Source of the DNA: Camelus dromedarius | Lineage: Eukaryota | Length of the DNA: 64,000 bases | Reading direction: 5' to 3' | NCBI RefSeq assembly: GCF_036321535.1 | Contig: NC_087437.1 | Coordinates: 23,004,001-23,068,000, forward strand | Shown: piece after piece, positions 1-11,030 of the stretch | Numbering within the stretch: position 1 is the stretch's first letter | Layout of the letters: each line of letters opens with the position of its first letter | Notes under the pieces: generated by a model | What the model saw: the letters and a program-made list of their open reading frames with translations, nothing else | Databases searched by the model: none | What the model was told of the DNA's origin: nothing | Position numbers and translations under genes: made by a program

Positions 1-230
1 TCCTCAATATGGAAGTCATTGTTTACTTTTGTAAAAGTAGTTTCAGTGAAGCTGTAGCAGCAGAATCCAGATGGCAGAAAACCAACAAGGGGTTTTGAGG
101 TGAGGAAGAAGGGAAATGAGTATAGACAGAGCTTTCAAAAGGTGTGGCAAGTGATAAGGTGATAGCTAGAAGGAGACACAGATTTAAGGGTGATAATTTT
201 CAGAATAGGAGAAGTTTTCACAATGAACAA
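1..230 (-). mobile_element. L2 LINE fragment
   Basis: Purine-rich decayed sequence (gtcattg...gtagtttcagtgaag...cagaatccagatggcag...gaggtgaggaag) resembles antisense L2 3' region; bounds approximate. Confidence 0.5.
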
Positions 231-349
231 GTCAGACAATACTATGATCCAACCCCTCACACAACTGCTTCTCAAATAATCTTACAGTGGCTGAAAAGAC
301 ACTAACATAGTAAAAGAAAGGCAGAGAGATTGAAAAAAATAGATTGTTG

Positions 350-486
350 ACAGCATAATTTGAGCTGCTGGATCCAGCATTGCCTGAACCTTCTGGATTC
401 CCCAACTCTGTGGGAAGACTTGAATAAAGTGTGTAATTCTCCATTTTTCTTGAGTCAGATTGAGTTAGGTCTTTGTAACTTGCAAA
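350..486 (+). mobile_element. MLT1 (ERVL-MaLR) LTR 3' fragment
   Basis: tttgagctgctggatccagcattgcctgaa...aataaa...gagttaggtctttgtaacttgcaa resembles the MLT1I/J-type 3' end. Confidence 0.55.
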
Positions 487-562
487 TTATGAGTAGTCCA
501 AACCTTCCTTTTCTAAAAATAATTGAAACTAAAATCTTCTTTAAGACATTTCTGTTTTTCAG

Positions 563-573
563 CACACACACAT

Positions 574-604
<31 letters not shown>
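563..604. repeat. (CA)n microsatellite
   Basis: Direct observation, one interruption. Confidence 0.97.
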
Positions 605-607
<3 letters not shown>

Positions 608-769
608 TATTCAGTATTGAAAGGACGAAAGAGCTAGTAGGGAAAAAAATGAGGAAGTTGTACAAGACAGAGTAAAAAGTTGGTAACTGATGAAACAAGG
701 GCTTTGAGAGGATGCTAGCTGATGAAATCAAGACCTTAGTGAAATGATTACTTATAAGTACTTTTTACA

Positions 770-1030
770 ACATCTTAGCATGAAATTTTAAAACATGAAG
801 AAAAGTTAAAAAATTGTGAAGTTAGCAATCATATATCCATCACGTTGATTCTACCATTAATATTTTGCTACATTTTCTGTGTCTGCTTTATCACATATCT
901 CATTTATTCATCATTCTATCCATCCATCAAAGCATCTTACTTTTTGATGCATTTCGAAAGAAGTTGCCAATGTTAGTACATTTCACTCCTAAATATTTCA
1001 GCAAGCATGTCATTAACTTGACTTCCAAAT
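770..1030 (-). mobile_element. Old L1M 3' UTR fragment
   Basis: aaacatgaagaaaagtt...gattctaccattaatattttgc...ctcctaaatatttcagcaagcatgtc is typical of antisense L1MC/ME 3' ends. Confidence 0.55.
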
Positions 1031-1149
1031 TTTTTTACAGTTATAAGTGCTTAATATTTAGAAAACATTACCTATAATGCCTCTGTTATGCTAATGAGAT
1101 ATCTCTTTGATCTTTTAAAATTCAAGCAGTTACTAATTTTGTACTGTTA

Positions 1150-1489
1150 TTATATTTTAAAGGATGTTTTTACATTTTCCTCATATTTCAGAGTGTGATC
1201 CATTAGAAACAATTCTGCAAAATATAAATTTAACTTATTCCAGTAGTTTCTAACACTTTGCCTTATAGAGGAGTCAGAAATAGTCATGCACAAGGGTATG
1301 AGGTTTGACATACGTTTCCTGTTGCCTTGAAAATCAGTTGCATAGCAGAGCCTCTTTCGTTGCCACGTTGCCAACAGCCTTGCAAGTGACCATGCCTGAG
1401 TTTCAATTAATACCTTCCCAGATAGAATGCTGACCCTGGAAGGCATTGTGAGCCCAGGCCTACTAAGAGCTTTGGCTTTGTAATGGAAC
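1150..1489 (-). other. Candidate terminal exon (coding part), unverified
   Basis: Minus-strand acceptor tattttcccAG|G at 1491/1490. Open frame to TAA at 1152-1150; AATAAA at 908-903. No recognised homology. Confidence 0.13.
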
Positions 1490-2159
1490 CTGGGAAAATA
1501 TGTTTTTGAGAAAATATAGAAGTTTAAATATTCCATACAGATAAATATTTCATGCAAGAATCAACCTTGGTTCTTATCCTAGCCTTTCACTGTATCTAAA
1601 TACTTTGTTATCTTTATATTATTAATCCTTGCTCTCTGAGTTTGATTTCTGGATATATGTACATTTATTTCTTGGTCTAGCATCATTTGCTAAATTACTG
1701 CTGAATCTTCCTGGTTGCTCAATAGTCCATCACTGTTGACCTCGCAAGGACTCTTTGAACAGTGGCCTAATGCGGCTCTGTCAGTGACATGCAGAGGACT
1801 AGGGTACAATCCGACAACAAAGAGCTAGAAAGAAACTACCATCCTGCTTCATTCACTTTGCACAGTTATGTGATTGCTTAACTTAAGTCTTATGTGCCAT
1901 GTGTCTTAGTGTTTTCTTTTCTATGATAAGAATGAACAAAAATATTCTGTTGATTGGACACACAGAAACTGTTTGCATCAAGGACTCTCCGAATCTGAAA
2001 GCACAGCTCATCTCTTTCCTCTGTGCTTATTCCTCCAGCTGTGCTCTGTATCCCACGTTCCCTCTCCTTCCTGTGGGACTTGTAGCGTCACACGTGCCCT
2101 TTCTCTCCTGAAACGTTAGTGTCATGCTCTCTGTCGTCTATTTCCTATCAGCAATTAAC

Positions 2160-2410
2160 TGTACAGAGATATCACCTTAAAAATTTTGTTTCAGATGTCC
2201 TCCTTTGGCCTCAAATTTCCCTCCCATTTTGCCTCTTATCCCTCCTTCATCCAAAACTTACCCACATTTGCCATCTCTCCTTCTTTATCTCTCCTTTTCC
2301 TTAGATCACTGCATGGTGACTTTGGTCTTTGCCCTCCAATGACAGAGTTATTTTCCCCAAAGTCAATAAGTTAATGGGTATTTTCAGTCCTAATCCTGCT
2401 TGATTTCCTT
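2160..2410 (+). mobile_element. L2 LINE fragment
   Basis: Pyrimidine-rich; ...ccaaagtcaat...ttttcagtcctaatcctgcttgatttc resembles L2 ORF2 region. Confidence 0.45.
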
Positions 2411-2416
2411 TGCAAA

Positions 2417-2620
2417 CTAACAGCTAATGTTTATTGAGAGATAACTGTGTGTTAGGCCTTAATGGGACTGCTAACCTCAAAACAACCAGTAAGGTAACTA
2501 CTTTTATCTCTATTTGTTACTTGAGGAAACTATTGCAGAAGAGATTGGGAAAGGTCCTCAAGGTCACCCAGTAGTAAATGATGAAGCCAGGCTCCCAAGC
2601 CAGGCAAGGGAACCCAGAGC
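2417..2620 (-). mobile_element. MIR SINE
   Basis: aacagctaatgtttattgag...tgaggaaact...aaggtcacccagtagtaaatg, antisense MIR core. Confidence 0.75.
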
Positions 2621-2754
2621 CTTTCGGGGAGTGTTCTGGGCTATTCTTCCCATCTTCTGACCTGTGGACCTTCTCTTGATTCTATTGTCTTTCTCTCAGA
2701 CTGTTCAGTTTTCTCTACCTGGCTCCCCCTATCCTAGTTTGAAGGACACTTACC

Positions 2755-3385
2755 TAAATGGGATTATTTAAAATGCTTCCCAACCAGCCACTCTGCTTCC
2801 AAGCTTGTCCTGTCCAATCCTCATTTTCTAGACTATGGCCAGAATGACCTTGCTAATGCTCAAATTCCATCACAGCAATCACTGTTTAAATTCCTTTAAT
2901 GGCTTTCTGGTTTTTAACCAAAAATACATATCCCTTTATGTGGTTCAAAAGGAGCTTTGAGACCTGAATCTTATCAAATTTACCTCTTTGATTTCATCTC
3001 TGACCATTTTCCACTTGCTTTTGAGGACACCAATCTACTGACCGAAGGCCCATGTTCTCTCTTGCTTCAGGTTCTTTTTTTAAAGGCTTGTTTTGTTTAT
3101 TTGCTCTCTTCCTAAAAAGTTCTTGCCCTCAGCCACCTTTAGTCTGGTCTCATTTTAGACGTGCAGCACTAACAGTCTTCCCCAGACCCCCTAGCCCCAT
3201 GTTCCATGGCCCCGTGTGTGCCCTCACAGCTGCGCCCTTCCTGTGTTTCAAGTCTAGGACTTTCCATTCTGTTTTTTAATTACTTGCTGATGGTTGCCTT
3301 TACCATTAGAGTGTGTCTTGCTCACCTAGCCCAATGTCTGATACATGGTAGGGTCTCATTAAATATTTATTGAATGACAAAATGA
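2755..3385 (+). mobile_element. L2 LINE 3' end
   Basis: Ends ...tctgatacatggtagggtctcattaaatatttattgaatga, the canonical L2 tail. Confidence 0.7.
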
Positions 3386-4196
3386 GTATCAAATATTTAG
3401 CAACTTTGAATAATACTAAAAAATGGACTCCTAAATGCATTGTAGTTGGCTTCATGGTGATTCTGAGCCTCCCATTCTTCACTCATGAAATGGGGAGTGG
3501 GGATTACATAGATACCATAGTTAGTCTATACTCATGTTGAAGACACACAATTTAAGTTGCACAAATTTTATTTCTCAAAATCAATAAAGAATTTTTGTTA
3601 TTAATAAGTGACAAAGAATTCAATGTTTTATGGAAATTTATATCCTCCATATTCTTATCTTTTTTAATCTCATGTTTTTTTGAGAAGTGAGTTGGTTTAG
3701 GATGAAATATTAATTAGTTGGCAGTGTGTTTATTTTATCTATAGAATGAGAGAATGATCTTTCTTGATTGCTAATTCACAGGGGAAAATGACAGTAGTGT
3801 GAGAATAATGTAATGGTGCATTTTATGTATAGGACAGTGTATCAAAAACAGGGAAATTATTTCCAAATGTTTATGAAAAGAATTTAGTCTATCAGTTATT
3901 TTTACTTTGCTTGAAGAACTGTAGCAAACATAAGGAAATTTTTATTTATTAGGTTTATGCTTGTAGTTCTTGATTCACTCCTTCCCTCCAACATTTCTTT
4001 TCCCTGAGATACACTAGTTCAAGGCTGTTTTGCTGTCCTTTTTACATCTAACTTCTAACTCTTCTAGGATTTTTATGGCCTTTGTGGGGTTTTTTATGAA
4101 TTTTATGATTTATATCTAAGTTCTTGAAAGATTAGAAAAAACTAAATAGCCTAAGGATAATATGACAAGTGATACATATGTCACTTGGAAGTCACA

Positions 4197-4500
4197 TATG
4201 TTATCAGTCAGAATATTGGGTTATGCTGAGGTAACAAACAAATCCAAATGTCTGTGGCCTCAAATAACCAAATTTATTTCTCATTCAATAATGTATCTTG
4301 TGGGTCTAAAGGGGGTTGGATTCATTGTAACTCTTTAGGGACTCAAGTTGAGAGAGTAGCCGCCCGTTTTGAATGTGGCTGGCCACCATGCCAGAAGGAA
4401 AAAAGAACACTCGAGTGTCTCCCCTTGGCCGTTAAATGCTGTGATCTGAAAATGACATACTTCATTTGAGTTTATGACTCATTGGCTCCACTCATAGGGA
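4197..4500 (-). mobile_element. MLT1 (J/K-like) LTR fragment
   Basis: tatcagtcagaatattgggttatgctgaggtaacaaacaaatccaaatgtctgtggc...aaatttatttctcattca. Confidence 0.6.
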
Positions 4501-4755
4501 CCCCTGGAAGTTCCTGGAACACTGAGAGCTGGATATACTTGGCAAACTATGCTGATTACTTTGGTATGTCTCTATACCTTAATTTCCACAATGACTTGAC
4601 TGCCAACAACTCTTTTTAACAATTTTCTCAGCATTTTCAAGGGTAATCCTTACTAATACCATGTCAGATTCCAAGACAACCTATTTATCGTATCCTGTTT
4701 GTTTAATGCACCTACACAAAGGCACAAAGTTGCTACCACTGTCTGGCTCCTGCAG

Positions 4756-5232
4756 TGTAACTGTGGGACAGGCTGGGACCTCGAACCTGGAACCTGGGAC
4801 TCTGCTACAGTGCATGCACCTGGACGAACATAGAGTAACAGAATACAAAGAAACTATAAGGACTAAAAATAAATGTGTACATACACAGTTAGGGTAAAAT
4901 ATGAATAAGATACAAAAAAACCTGAAATCCCACCTGACACTTCTGAGGTGTCAGGAGCAAAACCTGTGCATGATCCCTGCACACAGCACCACTAAGGGGG
5001 TGGGCCAGCCACCTAAGCCACACCTCAGGCCTGACCCATGAATCTGCCCCCACCCTCATCCCATTTAAGGGACCAGCTTGCCCCCACTCAGGGAGCAAGC
5101 AAGGGGACTTGTTACTTATTTTTGCTCTCTCATGCTGTAGCACAAGTCCCAGTAAAGCCTCATCTGAATTTCTCATCTGGCCTGTTATCAATTTCTATTG
5201 ATTAAGGAGTCCAGGAACCCTGGCAGGTAACA
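4756..5232 (+). mobile_element. ERV1-class solo LTR
   Basis: 477 bp with TGTAAC...GTAACA termini, tttaaggga TATA-like box and agtaaa polyA-like signal followed by a U5-like tail; no intact TSD seen. Confidence 0.72.
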
Positions 5233-5259
5233 ACTGCTACACCACCCTGCAGCTCTTAC

Positions 5260-5345
5260 CTGGAACTTGTTCTTATGTTTCTGAGAATCAGGACATCGCT
5301 TCTGCGTCGCACATACTTTCCTCTTTCCGTCAAGAGCACCAGCAT
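5260..5345 (-). other. Candidate 86-nt internal exon, unverified
   Basis: Minus strand: catttcccatttctttcAG|ATGCTGG...GTTCCAG|GTaaga. Two frames open; four CpGs retained. Confidence 0.27.
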
Positions 5346-5438
5346 CTGAAAGAAATGGGAAATGGTCATCTCCAGGGTCTATGGATTTAAATTCTTGTAA
5401 AGGAAATTTTGGATCATAGAATCCTACATTGCTTACAC

Positions 5439-5991
5439 TGTAACAGAGAAGAACAAACCCAACTCCACAGTGGATCTATTCCTTTAGCTCTAACTTTTGT
5501 GCTCTCTGGCCTGTGCTTAGTCATGCTGGTTCTGCACCTTTGTGAAGGAATGCTACCTATTGCCTGAAATATATGTAATAGCCCTTTCTCAAGGCTATGC
5601 CTCCTAGGCTTGACCTTTAAAGGTATAACACTTTTCTTGTTATAGAGATAAAAAGTTGCAGAACAGAAAATAATATTTGTTCTGTTGAAGGTTTATAGAA
5701 CCATTGTGACCAGCCCTATGCGGACAGGTGCAAGAGCAGAGGATTATCACATCCCCTTCCTGAGCCGGCCAGCACCAGGAAGTTCGCGATAATCAGCCAC
5801 ACCTCCTCCTCTTTTAGTATAAAGGAAGCCTGAATTCTAACTTGGCTAAGATGGTTCTATGGGACACTGTTCTGCCATCTTCTCAGTCTGCTGGCTTTCT
5901 GGATAGAGTTGCTATTCGTTGCCCCAACACTCCATCTCTCAATTTGTTGCCCTGTTATATGGTGAGAAGTACAAGCCTGGACTCAGTAACA
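5439..5991 (+). mobile_element. MER41-like ERV1 solo LTR (cetartiodactyl type)
   Basis: Starts tgtaacagagaagaacaaacccaactcc and ends ggactcagtaaca; perfect 4-bp TSD ACAC (5435-5438, 5992-5995); TATAAA at 5818. Confidence 0.85.
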
Positions 5992-7018
5992 ACACTACTT
6001 AAAAAAGAAATGCCTCTTAAGACTGGCTCCCCATAACTTAGGATTCTAATTAGGAAACAGCAAATGTCAGTGGAGCATAAAAGGTAACTAGAATGGCAGA
6101 ATGACACCTCACTGTAGAGGTTCACCACAGATAGGACCACCCATGCCATATGATATTCCTAGAGTGCACTGTATTTGTCTGTTTATTTTCTTGTTTGTGT
6201 GTTTATTCATCATATCACGAATGTTTATCAGCTGTGACCATTATTTCATTGAGAGGAATTTTAATGTGTTCTTTGTTATGGTTGTCTTACCTTTTTTGTT
6301 TCCTTCTTCAGCATCTAACATTGAGAGTGGAAAAATGGACTTACAATTGGTAATTTGGTTACTTGCATTCCAAATATGTGCGGCAATTGAATTATTACAG
6401 ACATTTTCCCTAAAGAATTTTTAATTAATAGGGGCTAAACTATGGCTTTAGAAAGTTTTGGACACATGTTTGATTGCAGGCACAATGCTCAAAATTAAAA
6501 AGGAGAAAGTCAGCCTTTCTAATTTTTCCATGCTACTTTAGGGAGCTTTCTCAAGATGCAATAGCCTCTTAGTCTCTGAAAAGCCCCCACTTTTTAACAA
6601 CTATGACATGAGTTTTAAAAATATTTAATACACCCTTGAGCTATCTACTTGTGTTCCACAAAGTCTTTGCTTTCATCAAGTGGTCAATTATATCACCTAT
6701 GAATACAGAGATCCAATGAAAGAAAAAAAAAATGACTCCAGTAAGTGGCTACTTTGAGTAAAATCCTTACAAGAGTTCTTTTTTTTTTTTTTTTTCCAAA
6801 CAGAACCTTGAAATAAATTTGGAGCACGGAGCATAGTATAATGGTGACAGCAGTGTGCCTGCTGCCTACCAAAAGTTGAATTCTGTGTCAGGAATGATAA
6901 TTACCAGCTCTGAAGCAGAAAAACTATCTAACTCTGTCCTGATTACTAATTAATCAAGTGCTAAAGGCATTAAACCAGTGACTCTGTTTTCAGCAATGGA
7001 AATTACAAAATGATGCTT

Positions 7019-7213
7019 AAGCTTTAGAAGTACACTGGATCCTTCTCCCCGTTCATTACATCTTTAAAAGGTTAAGTGAAGTATTATTAAAATCATTCCC
7101 TGTTATACTTTGTGTGTGTATGTGTCTGTGTGATTGTTTGTCTTATTCTCAATGAAGCAGAATTCAACAGAGAGAGTGTGGTTTTCTGAAGGCTCAGTTT
7201 TGAACTGTACATT
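7019..7213 (+). repeat. Direct repeat, copy 1 (left flank of L1)
   Basis: Aligns collinearly with 7788-7956; best block tttgtcttattctca(a/c)tgaagcagaattca is 29/30 identical. Confidence 0.9.
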
Positions 7214-7353
7214 AAAAAGATCAAGTGGGATTTATTCTAGGGATGCAAGCATGGCTCAACATCTGCAAATCAATCAACATGATAGACTATATTAACAAAA
7301 TAAAGGATAAAACAATATAAGTACCCATTGATGGATGAATGGATAAAGATGTG

Positions 7354-7425
<72 letters not shown>

Positions 7426-7789
7426 TTATATGAAATATATAAATGAAATTAATCTGGAGAAAGACAAATATCATATGATTTCACTCATATGTGGAATATA
7501 CAAAACAAACAAACAAAACCAAAAAGAATGAATAAACTAAATCAAACAAAAACAAACACATCAATACAGAGAACAGAGTAGTGGTGACCAGAAGGTAAGG
7601 AGTGGGAGAATGAAATAGGTAAAGGGAGTCAACTGTATGGTCAAAATGGAAATAAATTTTTATGGTGAGCACACTGTACTGTATACAGAAGTAGAAATAT
7701 AATGTAGAAATGTACAAAATATAAGAAGAAATATAATGCACATGAAACTTACCTAATGTTATAAACTAATGTTACCTGAATAAAAAAAA
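7209..7789 (+). mobile_element. 5'-truncated, internally deleted L1 with 3' UTR and A-tail
   Basis: 7222-7311 encodes [30 protein letters not shown] (L1 ORF2 RT region), joined to the ORF2 C-terminus (gatgaatggataaagatgtgg), 3' UTR and aataaaaaaaa. Confidence 0.9.
7359..7412. repeat. (TA)27 microsatellite within L1
   Basis: Direct observation. Confidence 0.97.
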
Positions 7790-7956
7790 GATTTGAAAGA
7801 ACACTTGGTCTTTCTCCCCACTTTCCACACCTCCAGAAGGTTAAATGCAGTATTAAAATATTCCTTGTTAGGTTTTGTTTGTGTATGTGATCATTTGTCT
7901 TATTCTCACTGAAGCAGAATTCATCAGAGTGTGGCTCAGTTTTTGAACTATAAAAT
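7788..7956 (+). repeat. Direct repeat, copy 2 (right flank of L1)
   Basis: Begins at the L1 A-tail; collinear with 7019-7213 apart from short indels. Confidence 0.9.
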
Positions 7957-8049
7957 ATCCTTGGAAGAGTTCTCGTGAGATTATAAAATTCTACCTCCAT
8001 GTTGACAAACAAGTCAGATTTATCTTAATAGATGCTTTGTTGTTTAGGT

Positions 8050-8850
8050 TTTATTTTTAGTTAACACATGTTCATTGAAAAATTATCAAAAATAAAGAAA
8101 AAAATCACTCAGTGCAACTGCCATACATTTTGGTATTTATTTTCCATATATTTAATTCTTTATTGATAGATCAATTTATTAAATCACACTGTACCTTTCT
8201 TCTATAACCTAGTATTTTTATAAGCTTTTTTGTGACACTAAATTTGCTTTGTCATATGACATGATCACTGGCTAGTAGTCAACTGAGTAATGTACAAAAA
8301 TGTATTTACTCAATCCCTATTATTGGACTTTCAGATAGATTCCAACTCTTCACTCCTACAACACTGCAATAAACATCCTTTTACATAATTATTGGTATAC
8401 ATATCTACCTAATTCCTTAGAATAAATGGTTAGAAATTGAGTTAGTAGGTCAAACGACATAAATATTCTTAAGGCTTATGTGACATATTGCTGTTCAGAA
8501 ACTATGTACTGTTTTCATGACAAGCATATAAAAGGACCCCTTTCCTTAACCCTTAACAATACTGAATGTTAACCTTTTAAACAATCTTTGTCAATAGATA
8601 GATGAACATGGAATTTTATAGTTTCAAATTGCATTTTATTAAGGTTGAACATTTATCAAGAATTCCTATGGATTCTTTTTTAAATTGTCTATCAATTTCC
8701 TTTCAAAATTTTCTCTTTGGGCTGTTTAACTTTTTTATTGATTAGTAGAAAATTATTTATATGTTTAGGAGATAACACCTCTTTATCTTACATAATGCGG
8801 TCTTTTTCTCTAGATTGTCATTTACACTAGAATTTCTTTTGCTTTTTTCT
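8050..8850 (-). mobile_element. Old L1ME fragment (ORF2 end / 3' UTR)
   Basis: tatttactcaatccctattattggac...actgcaataaacatcctt...tagtttcaaattgcattt, antisense L1M pattern. Confidence 0.65.
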
Positions 8851-8909
8851 GTACTTTAAAATAGGAATGTTGATTTCCAGTTCTAATAAATATGTAATAT
8901 AGAGAAAGG

Positions 8910-9052
8910 AATTTAATTTTTCTGGTACTCGGTTGCCTCATCTGTAAAATGTGTGTAGGGAGAGAGGAATGGGGGTGGTTGGGAAGAAGAAACTAGACAT
9001 ATTAGATGAAATGATCTGTTACAGCTCTTCCAGATCTAAAATGCTATGATTT
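8910..9052 (+). mobile_element. MIR3-like SINE
   Basis: ctcggttgcctcatctgtaaaatg...ttccagatctaaaatgctatgattt. Confidence 0.6.
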
Positions 9053-9328
9053 CATTGCTTCCCAATTCTACCCCAATTACTGCATATAATCAAGCCATAT
9101 GGTACTTTTTTTGATCTTGTATATTTTGGGCAAGCATTACCATTGCTCATTAAATCACAGTGCTACAAATTCAGGGTTAAATTCTTTTAATGAAGAAACT
9201 TCTGCATGCCTCCAGGGCTTTTTTTCTTCTGTTAAATTGTTATGAACCATTTCCATTTAAAAAACACCAATGGCTTTAATGAGTTAGGCCTGCCACTTTC
9301 ATAAAATTGAGGCTAATGAATGACCTAC

Positions 9329-9434
9329 CTTACAGATAGAAATGGGCAACACAATTAGAATTACCAAAGTTTTCTTTCTGACTCTGAGCCTGTTTAACTT
9401 TTTCATCGTGTGCCTGGACACACACATAGAGCCT
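9329..9434 (-). other. Candidate 106-nt exon containing ATG, unverified
   Basis: Minus strand: ttattttattttcAG|AGGCTCTATG...TGTAAG|GTaggt; encodes MCVSRHTMKKLNRLRVRKKTLVILIVLPISICK, ending in phase 0. Confidence 0.2.
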
Positions 9435-9793
9435 CTGAAAATAAAATAATGCGCTTGTGGCTGCAATATTAATAGAGGAGACGGTTTATACCTGAAGCCA
9501 TCAGCAGTCATCTGCTCATTAGGAGACACTGCAGCGTGTGATAAGTGGTTCTCATGGTGATTTGGAGATGTCTGTATTTCTAGAGTTATGTATTCTATGG
9601 CATATTCTCTGTTTTTATACCTTAGTAGGAATAACCTGGGGAAGTCCCAAAGCACTTCCCTTGTATTAGAACTTCAGGCTTTGCTTCATGGTATTGGCAG
9701 AGTGTTGAACAGGCAGATCTTGAACCTCTGTGTATATCTTCATAGATCACAGGAGGCCTCTGCAACGAGACAAGTGATTCTCCTTTCGTAGGC

Positions 9794-9821
9794 TTTTTTT
9801 TTTTTTTTTTTTTTTTTTTTT
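9794..9821. repeat. Poly(T)28 tract
   Basis: Direct observation. Confidence 0.95.
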
Positions 9822-10794
9822 GGCATCACACTGAAAAAACAACAACAAAAAAACCCTTACTCATTATGGACTCTAGAAATTGGCATTTTCTGCAGAAAGT
9901 ATCTGTAAGGAACTCTGACTCCAGGTTGTTTCTCATTAAGGTGCTGTGTTTCCTGTTTTGTGTATTATAGTTTTGAAAGATCCATCTTATGGCTGGTCCC
10001 CCCCCCCAAAAAAAAAAACTTAGTTTATAATTACCTGGAATCAACACTTTATTTCTAGTTAAAATGTTTCCTCCTCCTCCAAATATCATTGGTGTGGGAG
10101 GTTTCTCTTCAGGAAAGCACTTCCATGAGCTGAAGCATGCTCTGCTACTTCTCTGAATGCTAGCCCTGAACTCAGTACAACTGTTTTTACTTTGTTCCTT
10201 CTATCACTGAGTATGTGAAGATGGTTCTTGCTGTTTTTTAGATTATAAGCTAGTGTCATACATTTGGTATTTTCGAAAGCTTCCTAATGTAAGTCACTTT
10301 GTTGGTAAGTTCTCCTCCGCTCTGTCCATCATTGTGTCCTAACCAACAAAGCTAGAGTCTGGAAGAGGAAGGAATGATGCAAGGGAAGGAAGACGGGAAG
10401 GAAAAGCAAAAGAAAAGCTCCTGATAGCAATTTCAGGATAGTGGGAGGAGGAGTCGGGTGAGAGGTGAGGGAGATGCGCTGAGACTGAACCCCCGCTCCT
10501 TTCTTTGACTTTGGCCTGGGCATGGTGCTTAGGCAAACCAAGGGAATGACGTGGGCAGAGTTTCCCCTTGATTTATTTTGGGATTCTAGGAGAAGTCTGC
10601 CTCACAGCTTGCTCTCCTGCTGACCTGGAGCTGGTCAGAACTGAGAATGCCCCATGGCCTGAGAAGACCACCTGGGTTAAATCTCTGAGCTGCCTTAGTC
10701 AGGTATATAATCTGAATAGAATCTAGAGGTCCACACATGCTCCTGTGGGAGATGGAAGTAAGCTGTCTGCCTGGACATCTCCCTAGAGCAATGA

Positions 10795-11030
10795 CAACAA
10801 TGGTGATAAGCACTTATGTAGCACTTGTATGTGTCAGATACTGCTCAAAGTGTTTTCTCTTTAGTAATTCATCCTCACAAAACAACACTGAGAGGTAGAT
10901 ACTATCCTTATTACTCCCCACCCCGTTTTATAAATGTGGAAACGCAAGCACAAAGATATTAAATAGCTTGTCCAAGCTCCCAGATAGTGAGCGGTGATTT
11001 GAAGACAGGCAATCTGGTGTCAAACTCTGG
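10795..11030 (-). mobile_element. MIR SINE
   Basis: agcacttatgtagcactt...catcctcacaaaacaacactgagaggtagatacta...tttataaatgtggaaac...cttgtccaag. Confidence 0.75.
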
